Shown: piece after piece, positions 57,182 through 63,697 of the stretch | Layout of the letters: each line of letters starts with the position of its first letter | Numbering within the stretch: position 1 is the stretch's first letter | Virus record (IMG/VR): IMGVR_UViG_3300020162_001876 | Span: 46,999-110,998 of that record | DNA length: 64,000 nucleotides | DNA from: a virus | Direction: 5' to 3' (one strand) | The notes under the pieces: generated by a model | The model's database searches: none | What the model saw: only the letters and a program-made list of their open reading frames with translations | What the model was told of the DNA's origin: nothing | Program-made: the position numbers and the translations under genes

Positions 57182-57186
57182 CAACT

Positions 57187-57257
57187 GCCCTTATAGTTCA
57201 AAGGAAGAACATATCTCTTCTAAAGATAGAATCCTGGTTCGAGTCCAGGTAGGGGTT
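57187..57257 (+). tRNA. tRNA-Arg(TCT)
   Basis: TATCT-CT-TCT-AA-AGATA. Confidence 0.88.
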
Positions 57258-57331
57258 CAAAAAAATCGTCTTGGATCATTTGATATGATTTAATGGGTAA
57301 CACCTGGTAGGTTAAGCGATATCCTATAAAT

Positions 57332-57400
57332 GCGTCACAGGCTAAGGTAGCCAAATGGATTCCAACCCCATAGGACAGAGTTCGATTCTTTGGTGGCGCG
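57332..57400 (+). tRNA. tRNA-Trp(CCA)
   Basis: ATGGA-TT-CCA-AC-CCCAT; acceptor GCGTCAC/GTGGCGC. Confidence 0.8.
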
Positions 57401-57404
57401 CAAT

Positions 57405-57477
57405 TGGGGTAAAAGCACATAAGGATGTGCAGGCGGTAGACGCCGCAAGGCCTGGGTTCGAATCCCAAGTACTCCAC
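57405..57477 (+). ncRNA. tRNA-like RNA with 4-5 nt anticodon loop
   Basis: TGGGGTA/TACTCCA, D arm GCAC/GTGC, GGCG-gtaga-CGCC, T loop TTCGAAT. Confidence 0.55.
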
Positions 57478-57543
57478 AAAAGTATTAATTATGAAAAAGA
57501 AATTCGATGCTCATTAGGTTTATTAACCTAAAATTTGAGCAAA

Positions 57544-57723
57544 ATGAGAATCAAAAACTATACTAACAAAGAGTATAAAAAAGAAAAAAGAAAAGAGTAT
57601 AAGGAATGGGATACTTGGTTTGAAGATTATTGGAGTAAAAAGTCAAAAATATGGGCTTTTAAATACCGAGAATATAGAACCTGGAAGTATAACAGAAAAA
57701 CACAATATAAACCTTTAAAATAA
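57544..57723 (+). CDS. small basic/aromatic protein ending RTWKYNRKTQYK
   Basis: ATG at 57544 follows a hairpin; K/W/Y-rich. Confidence 0.55.
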   Translation: MRIKNYTNKEYKKEKRKEYKEWDTWFEDYWSKKSKIWAFKYREYRTWKYNRKTQYKPLK

Positions 57724-57729
57724 GTTATC

Positions 57730-58236
57730 ATGAGTAAACATCAGAAAACACTAGTAGTGGATTCAAGCTTTATCGCAAGAAGTATTATACCTGCAGAAAG
57801 AGCATTTGTGATTTCTTATAAAGGTAATGCAGAGGTAATAGCAGAACATCCAGAAACATTTGGATTAGTAAATCCAAATCTAGAGATTTACAAACCTTCT
57901 ATTATTAGAGTATTCACTTATGTGAAACAACACATACATAAAGTTGCTCTGACAAGAGATAACATCTACAAAAGAGATAACTATGAATGTGTATATTGTG
58001 GAAGTTCAAATCAAAGAACACTAACATTGGATCACGTGGTTCCTCAATCAAAAGGAGGAAAAGATAGCTGGGACAATTTAGTAACAGCATGCAGAACATG
58101 TAATCAGGAAAAAGCTGATTTAACATTAGAGGAATATGGAAAAGAAATTCCAGAACCAAAACGTCCACATTACCTGATGCTATTAAGACAAGTTCAGGAC
58201 ATACCAAGAGAATGGGAAACATTTTTATTCTTTTAG
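57730..58236 (+). CDS. HNH endonuclease (McrA-like)
   Basis: RDNYECVYCG, TLDHVVPQSKGG, WDNLVTACRTCNQEK. Confidence 0.92.
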   Translation: MSKHQKTLVVDSSFIARSIIPAERAFVISYKGNAEVIAEHPETFGLVNPNLEIYKPSIIRVFTYVKQHIHKVALTRDNIYKRDNYECVYCGSSNQRTLTLDHVVPQSKGGKDSWDNLVTACRTCNQEKADLTLEEYGKEIPEPKRPHYLMLLRQVQDIPREWETFLFF

Positions 58237-58245
58237 TAAAAAAAG

Positions 58246-58277
58246 TTTGGAAATTAGAAATAAAGTTCGTATATTTA
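58246..58277 (+). promoter_or_regulatory. early-type promoter TTTGG-N19-TATATTTA
   Basis: Consensus and spacing match. Confidence 0.7.
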
Positions 58278-58295
58278 AGTATAAGAAATTAAGAT

Positions 58296-58469
58296 ATGAA
58301 AGATTTTTTAAATTGGTTAGTAGGACTTCCAAAATGTAAAAAAGGAGGAAGATGTAATTCAGATTCAGAAATGGAATATACATTAGCCTCAAAAAGATTC
58401 TTTGAAAAGACAAATAGATGGTGCTGTTCTAAATGTAATAAAGAAGTAACAGACTATTTTAAAATTTAA
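58296..58469 (+). CDS. 57 aa Cys-rich protein (possible Zn ribbon), not in ORF track
   Basis: MKDFLNWLVGLPKCKKGGRC...WCCSKCNKEVTDYFKI directly behind a promoter. Confidence 0.55.
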   Translation: MKDFLNWLVGLPKCKKGGRCNSDSEMEYTLASKRFFEKTNRWCCSKCNKEVTDYFKI

Positions 58470-58543
58470 AATCACCTACTACAAAACAGCACGTGAAATT
58501 AATACTGACTTGTACTGTCTGGAAGGTCAGGCTAGGTGAATTT

Positions 58544-58613
58544 GGGCAGGATGGTCTTGGAGGCCGGCAGGATTGCAAACTCTGCAGAGTAAGTTCGATT
58601 CTTACCTTGCCCT
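58544..58613 (+). tRNA. tRNA-Cys(GCA)
   Basis: Loop TT-GCA-AA, U73 discriminator. Confidence 0.8.
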
Positions 58614-58633
58614 CAAAAAAAGATTAAAAAAGG

Positions 58634-58698
58634 TTTGGCTATCGGAAATTAATTTCGTATATTAAATCATAATAAAAAGATCATTGAAATATTGGATA
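58634..58698 (+). promoter_or_regulatory. second tRNA-block promoter plus boxA-like element
   Basis: tttgg-N19-tatattaaatcataataaaaa then GATCATTGAAATATTGGATA. Confidence 0.7.
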
Positions 58699-58707
58699 AG
58701 ATAAATT

Positions 58708-58780
58708 GCCCGAGTGGTGGAACGGCAGACACGCTTGACTTAGGATCAAGATATTGCGGGTTCGAATCCCGCCTTGGGTA
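58708..58780 (+). tRNA. tRNA-Leu(TAG) with short variable loop
   Basis: CTTGA-CT-TAG-GA-TCAAG; only ATATT between anticodon and T arms. Confidence 0.85.
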
Positions 58781-58789
58781 CAAAATTTA

Positions 58790-58970
58790 AAATCACTTGC
58801 TTGAAGATAAACAAATGATAAGAGGTAGTCTATTACAAACGTACAAAATAGATTATCATTAAACTGTACTAGCAGTTGTGTTTGTTGTAGAGATAGACCT
58901 GGAAAAACAGGATAAAGAAGAGAATCTGGAAACAGTAAATCTATTCCACTAGAATTTGGACAAGTGATTT
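58790..58970 (+). ncRNA. putative ~180 nt multi-hairpin RNA
   Basis: Perfect 10-bp closing stem AAATCACTTG/CAAGTGATTT, several internal hairpins. Confidence 0.5.
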
Positions 58971-58980
58971 AAAACTAAAA

Positions 58981-59047
58981 TTAGAGTTAGCTTATAGTAA
59001 AGCAGCAGGGGCTAACCTGCAGAACGGATACGAGAACCGGCTCTAAT
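58981..59047 (+). ncRNA. tRNA-like RNA with 6-nt loop GGCTAA and degenerate T arm
   Basis: TTAGAGT/GCTCTAA, GCTT/AAGC D stem, GCAGG/CCTGC. Confidence 0.5.
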
Positions 59048-59052
59048 TATTT

Positions 59053-59124
59053 GCTTCTGAAACATAAATGGTAATGTACTTGATTTGTACTCAAGAAAAC
59101 GGGGTTCGATTCCTCGCAGAAGCT
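59053..59124 (+). tRNA. tRNA-Thr(TGT)
   Basis: CTTGA-TT-TGT-AC-TCAAG. Confidence 0.85.
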
Positions 59125-59132
59125 CAATAATT

Positions 59133-59206
59133 GCATCATTCGCCTAGTAGGTATGGCACCACACTTCCAATGTGGAATAAGGCCGGTTCGAGACCGGCAT
59201 GATGCT
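59133..59206 (+). tRNA. tRNA-Gly(TCC)
   Basis: CCACA-CT-TCC-AA-TGTGG, U73. Confidence 0.88.
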
Positions 59207-59257
59207 CAAGGGTGTGTGGGAACCCAAGAATATGTGATGAACATATACCCACAATCT

Positions 59258-59329
59258 GCTGCGTTAGTGAAGAGGTTAACACGTATCACTTTCTATGATA
59301 AGGCACGGGTTCGAATCCCGTACGCAGTA
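59258..59329 (+). tRNA. tRNA-Glu(TTC)
   Basis: TATCA-CT-TTC-TA-TGATA. Confidence 0.85.
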
Positions 59330-59335
59330 CAATTT

Positions 59336-59407
59336 GGGGCTATAGTATAACGGCTATTACAATGGTTTTGCAAATCATAAATTGGAGTTCGATTCTCCAT
59401 AGCTCCA
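59336..59407 (+). tRNA. tRNA-Ala(TGC)
   Basis: ATGGT-TT-TGC-AA-ATCAT, G3:U70 pair. Confidence 0.9.
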
Positions 59408-59463
59408 CAATAGCTTAATCGACTTTTGACAGATTTGACAACTTGGAACAGACAAGTAATTTT

Positions 59464-59535
59464 GGTCTATTGGTCCAGGGGAATGGATGCCTGCCTGTCA
59501 CGTAGGAGACCCGGGTTCGAATCCCGGATAGACCG
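59464..59535 (+). tRNA. tRNA-Asp(GTC)
   Basis: CCTGC-CT-GTC-AC-GTAGG, G73. Confidence 0.9.
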
Positions 59536-59540
59536 CATAT

Positions 59541-59613
59541 CGCGAGGGGGAGGTAAGGTATCTCATGACTCTCATAAGGTCACTTAAATCGGTTCAATTC
59601 CGGTCCTACGCTA
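59541..59613 (+). tRNA. tRNA-Met(CAT), initiator-like, irregular acceptor
   Basis: Starts CGCG, loop CT-CAT-AA. Confidence 0.65.
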
Positions 59614-59619
59614 CAAATT

Positions 59620-59691
59620 GGTCTCGTAGCTCAGAGGTAGAGCAAGTTCCTCATAAGAACGAGGTCGGGATATCATAATTCCCCGGGACCA
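59620..59691 (+). tRNA. tRNA(CAT), Ile2- or Met-type
   Basis: GTTC-CT-CAT-AA-GAAC; acceptor GGTCTCG/CGGGACC; atypical T loop. Confidence 0.7.
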
Positions 59692-59757
59692 CAAAATTTA
59701 TCCAATATGAGAGCAATTCAATCGTCTCCAATGTAGTTTTAGCTATTAGCTAAAATT

Positions 59758-59991
59758 ATGACTCAGAAATTGAGAATTTGGAGAGTAGTCCCAACCAGCA
59801 TGACTGGTGTTCAGGCTCCCACGTTTTTTGTTGAAACAACACAGAACGGACGAGAAGAAGCAGAAAAATCTGCAAACCTACAAGCAAGACAAAAATCTAG
59901 CTTGGGTAAGTTTAACAATTGGTATTTTGATTTAACAAGAATGAATGTCAGAGTTGACAAACATGGGAGGTATATCAAACATCACCAATAA
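59758..59991 (+). CDS. hypothetical protein
   Basis: 77 aa, start preceded by hairpin. Confidence 0.5.
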   Translation: MTQKLRIWRVVPTSMTGVQAPTFFVETTQNGREEAEKSANLQARQKSSLGKFNNWYFDLTRMNVRVDKHGRYIKHHQ

Positions 59992-60012
59992 TAAAAAGTA
60001 TTTGAAGAAAGA

Positions 60013-60044
60013 TTTGGATATCTGGATCTTTCTTCTTATATTTA
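60013..60044 (+). promoter_or_regulatory. early-type promoter TTTGG-N19-TATATTTA
   Basis: Consensus and spacing match. Confidence 0.7.
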
Positions 60045-60061
60045 AGTATAAAATAAAAGTT

Positions 60062-60502
60062 ATGGAAAAAGAATTTGTACCTTACGAACAAGCATTAGAT
60101 TTAAAAGAATTAGGGTTTAATAGAAGAACATTCTCGCAGTATAATACACACCAGGGTAATGAGTGGATATTAACATTTGATTTGTCGGGAGAAGGTCAGT
60201 ATCCTAATAACTCTCCAGCATGTATAGCACCAACATTTTCACAAGCATTTAGATGGTTGTTAATTTTAGTAAATAAAAATAAACATTTTAGTAACAAATG
60301 GACAATTAGCTACAATGAGGATTATTACTCTTTATTTTTAGGCGGTTGTAATATGGGAGTATTTAAAGCAGAACTTGAATGTTTAAAGAAACTAATTGAA
60401 ATAGTAAAACAATCACAAAAAATATATGATGAGAGTCCACATAGTAAAACATTCAGAACACCTGCAAGTGATTACAACTCTAGAGGTGGTTATCGTAAAT
60501 AA
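60062..60502 (+). CDS. hypothetical phage protein (MEKEFVPYEQALDLKELGF...APTFSQAFRW)
   Basis: Start moved to the ATG downstream of the promoter at 60013. Confidence 0.7.
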   Translation: MEKEFVPYEQALDLKELGFNRRTFSQYNTHQGNEWILTFDLSGEGQYPNNSPACIAPTFSQAFRWLLILVNKNKHFSNKWTISYNEDYYSLFLGGCNMGVFKAELECLKKLIEIVKQSQKIYDESPHSKTFRTPASDYNSRGGYRK

Positions 60503-60546
60503 AATTAATAGAAATAGTAAATAATAAATAATAAAATAGTATAGTT

Positions 60547-61458
60547 ATGAAAAATTCGTTATCAACAAAAGGGTTATCAATGTCTCAAGCACAATCAGTT
60601 TCTAACTTGTGCAACCAAAGATCAAAAGAAATCACTAATAAGTTAGTGGATATTAACAATGTTTCAAAAACATTAGTTATCAACTCAGAAACTTATACTG
60701 AGACTCAAGGTAATCCAATGCCTACAAATGTAGTAGAATTGTTAACTGAAAAAGCAAGACTGTCTGCTACACAAGCATTTTTGATGGAGAACATCAAAGC
60801 AAAAGACGAATTAATCACAAGCATCCAAAGAGATCAGTTTGAGTATGAGGTAGAAGCACCTCAAAGACCAAAAACAGAAGTAAGAGTTTTACCTTTCTTA
60901 GTTGATGAGAATTGGGGTTGGAGTCAATTATCAGCTGCTGAACACAATGAGTATTTAGAGGCTGAAGCATATGCTTCACATATTGGACAATTTATCCATA
61001 AAGGAGGTAAATTGGATAAATTGAGATCAGAATTACCTACCATTAAAACTTTAGAGTTTATGGAAATTGAGGTAGGAAAGAAAACACCTATGAAAGTAAG
61101 TGTTCACCACACCTCAGACCAGTTACTTGAAATCCATGAACAGTTAGCAGCTCTACATAGAGGGTATGAGCAAAAAGTAAATTACTTTAAAGCCAAAGTA
61201 AAAAATTCAGTAACAACTGAAAATGCTCGTATTGCTAAAGAAAGAGCTGATATCCAATCAGAGGTAAATGAAATTAACTCAAAACAAGATGTTGAGTACA
61301 AAAATGCTTACGATAAATGGGCAGCTGAGTATAAGAAAGCATCTCAAGAATTTGAGATTGATCGTCAGAATAGAATTCACGAAACTGCCAATTTAAAAAT
61401 CGAAGTAGCAGAAAGATTCCAGCCTGTGATTGATATGTTCTTAAATAAATTAAAATAA
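60547..61458 (+). CDS. 303 aa coiled-coil protein of unknown function, followed by structured RNA
   Basis: Heptad-rich; AEAYASHIGQFIHKGG core. Confidence 0.75.
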   Translation: MKNSLSTKGLSMSQAQSVSNLCNQRSKEITNKLVDINNVSKTLVINSETYTETQGNPMPTNVVELLTEKARLSATQAFLMENIKAKDELITSIQRDQFEYEVEAPQRPKTEVRVLPFLVDENWGWSQLSAAEHNEYLEAEAYASHIGQFIHKGGKLDKLRSELPTIKTLEFMEIEVGKKTPMKVSVHHTSDQLLEIHEQLAALHRGYEQKVNYFKAKVKNSVTTENARIAKERADIQSEVNEINSKQDVEYKNAYDKWAAEYKKASQEFEIDRQNRIHETANLKIEVAERFQPVIDMFLNKLK

Positions 61459-61503
61459 TTTGGTACCAAAGGGCTAAGCACAAGCCGATGCCCTAAGGTT
61501 TTA

Positions 61504-61809
61504 TGTCGGGAGTAGAAAGATTTTTATAAAACTATATATAAGATTTATTAATCATACTATGACATCAGCAAGACTTAGTGTCTCGCTTTAACAACTTTCG
61601 CTTCCACTACAACACCCAACAACTTCTGAGATAGAACTCAATCGTTAAACAAGTTACTGAAAGCTCATAGAGAAAGAGGAATCTTTACCACTAGACAGAT
61701 AATTGGTTAACAAAAAGAGACTTAGATTTTGTCTTTGCCTTTGAGGTAGAGGAAGGTTTTTGACATTGATTTGGTATTTGACATCGTCTATATACTTTTT
61801 CTCCCGACA
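61504..61809 (+). ncRNA. putative ~310 nt structured RNA
   Basis: ORF-free gap closed by TGTCGGGAG/CTCCCGACA; inner CTTCCACTAC/GTAGAGGAAG. Confidence 0.6.
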
Positions 61810-61839
61810 ACATATTTTTTAAAAATAATTACAAAAAGG

Positions 61840-61871
61840 CTTGCTTACGCAGGTCTTTTTTCGTATATTTA
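61840..61871 (+). promoter_or_regulatory. early-type promoter (CTTGC-N19-TATATTTA variant)
   Basis: Spacing conserved. Confidence 0.6.
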
Positions 61872-61888
61872 GGTATAAGAAAGAAGTT

Positions 61889-62539
61889 ATGAAAATAGTA
61901 TTAGAAAAAGGACAACAATTGTTCTTCACATCAGACACACATTACTCACACTCAAACATTTGTAGTGCTACTACAAACTGGTCTGTGAACGATGGATATG
62001 CTCGTCAATTTGATTCATTACAAGATATGAACCAAAGACTGGTGGATAACATCAACAACATGGTTGGTGAAGATGATATTCTAATTCACTTAGGAGATTG
62101 GTCATTTGGAGGATTTGATAAGATTGAAGAATTTAGAAGTCAAATCAACTGTAAAAACATCCACTTGGTACTTGGAAATCATGATCACCACATTGAAAGA
62201 AACAAAGAAGGCGTACAAAGACTATTCTCTTCAGTACAAAACTACTTGAGATTAGAAGTAAAAAGACCAATCAACAAAGCAACAACTGAAAAGTTTACTT
62301 TCATTTGTATGCACTATCCAATTGCGTCATGGCACGATATGAACCAAGGAGTAATTCACTTGCATGGCCACGTTCATTTACCTGAACATTTAAGAATAGC
62401 AGAGGGTAAAGCAATGGATGTTGGAGTAGATGGAAACAAATTGGAACCTATATCATTAGATGAAATAGTAGAGATAATGAAAGATCGTCCAATTAAAAAA
62501 TTAGCCTTACCAAAGGATCATCACGAAAAAAGAATTTAA
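61889..62539 (+). CDS. calcineurin-like metallophosphoesterase
   Basis: SDTHY, LGDW, GNHD, MHYP, HGHVH, DVGVD; start reassigned downstream of promoter. Confidence 0.9.
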   Translation: MKIVLEKGQQLFFTSDTHYSHSNICSATTNWSVNDGYARQFDSLQDMNQRLVDNINNMVGEDDILIHLGDWSFGGFDKIEEFRSQINCKNIHLVLGNHDHHIERNKEGVQRLFSSVQNYLRLEVKRPINKATTEKFTFICMHYPIASWHDMNQGVIHLHGHVHLPEHLRIAEGKAMDVGVDGNKLEPISLDEIVEIMKDRPIKKLALPKDHHEKRI

Positions 62540-62540
62540 T

Positions 62541-62735
62541 ATGAAACTGCAGAAACTTTTTATAAAAGGAAGAAAATATAAAACTGATAAGACTATAGTA
62601 CTATGTACAAAGACAACCTGTAATTATTCTACAGAACATTTCCAAGGAGTGGTATTAGAATCAAAAGAGTACGCAACTGGAAGATTTAGTAAAACTTGGA
62701 TTATGGGAAGATTTGAAGAAGTAATTGAAGAATAA
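62541..62735 (+). CDS. hypothetical protein
   Basis: 64 aa ORF in operon. Confidence 0.5.
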   Translation: MKLQKLFIKGRKYKTDKTIVLCTKTTCNYSTEHFQGVVLESKEYATGRFSKTWIMGRFEEVIEE

Positions 62736-62738
62736 AAT

Positions 62739-63122
62739 ATGAAAGAGTTATTTTTATTAAGAGGATTACCAGGAGCAGGTAAATCAACATTAGCGAAATC
62801 ATTAGGTGGTTCGCATATGGAGGCTGATAAGTATTTTATGGATAAGGGTGAATATAAATTTGATCCAAGTAAAACAAGAGATGCTCATGAGTGGTGTCAA
62901 AATGCAGTAAGTGTTTGGATGGCAAACAATACAGAAAAGATTGTAGTATCAAACACATTTACTCAGGAATGGGAAATGGAGTATTACTTTGAATTAGCAA
63001 AAGAATACGGATACAGAGTTTATTCTTTAATTGTAGAAAATAGACATTCAGGAGTTAATTCTCATGGAGTACCAGAAGAAAAATTAGTACAAATGAAAAA
63101 TAGATTCGAGATATCGCTATGA
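62739..63122 (+). CDS. P-loop polynucleotide-kinase-like protein
   Basis: RGLPGAGKST, VSNTFT, HGVP. Confidence 0.85.
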   Translation: MKELFLLRGLPGAGKSTLAKSLGGSHMEADKYFMDKGEYKFDPSKTRDAHEWCQNAVSVWMANNTEKIVVSNTFTQEWEMEYYFELAKEYGYRVYSLIVENRHSGVNSHGVPEEKLVQMKNRFEISL

Positions 63123-63697
63123 GAGAAACATTTGAAGATTACTTACAAAGACTAAAAGACAGACGCACAGAAGACGATTACAAGTACACTGATGAAGATT
63201 TTAAAAACTATATTCACTATATTTTCAATTGTTATGAAACTAACTTAAGTGTTTATAAATGTCTTGAATTTATGTATTTTGCAGAAAGAGATATAGATGA
63301 TACTTTATTCAATAGAGAACCTATTGAAGAATTAGGAATACTAGAAGTACCAATGCCTATACAGAAAGAAGAAAAAAGGTATAGTGAGGAAGAAGTAGAT
63401 TCCATTATAGCTGAAACTTGGAACAGTTGCGAAGATAATGAGGGGGATGAAACGTTTACACAAGCAAGAGGTAGGATTTTAAATCAATATAAACATAAAC
63501 AAGAGTCTACAGCTGATTACATTGACAGGCATATTATACAAGCGATGGTAGAATTACATAGACAAGAACAACACGACTTCTTACCAGGATTTATAAATCA
63601 ATTTGATCCTAAAGAAGGAGAAATAAATGGAGAAGAATGGACAGCAGTTCAGTTTTTAAAATGGTTAGAATTAAATAAATTTAAAATTATAAAATAA
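63119..63697 (+). CDS. hypothetical mosaic protein
   Basis: 192 aa, YSEEEV module. Confidence 0.5.
   Translation: MRETFEDYLQRLKDRRTEDDYKYTDEDFKNYIHYIFNCYETNLSVYKCLEFMYFAERDIDDTLFNREPIEELGILEVPMPIQKEEKRYSEEEVDSIIAETWNSCEDNEGDETFTQARGRILNQYKHKQESTADYIDRHIIQAMVELHRQEQHDFLPGFINQFDPKEGEINGEEWTAVQFLKWLELNKFKIIK

Noticed and set aside
57220-57477. Minus-strand 85 aa ORF; also plus-strand ORF 59153..59350
   Set aside because: Both lie over tRNA genes; the GFEP-type peptides are antisense T-loop translations.
58981-59047. Possible amber suppressor tRNA (CTA in loop) and TAG recoding
   Set aside because: The loop is 6 nt without U33 and the T arm is degenerate; long genes are intact in code 11 and several end in TAG.
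59945-60061. N-terminal extensions of track ORFs 59945 and 61841
   Set aside because: They run through promoter motifs; downstream ATGs at 60062 and 61889 have better context.
7892-61483. Short minus-strand and nested ORFs in the track (e.g. 9826, 18810, 28225, 30038, 44918, 57914)
   Set aside because: Antisense or nested within well-supported plus-strand genes, with no motifs or promoter context.
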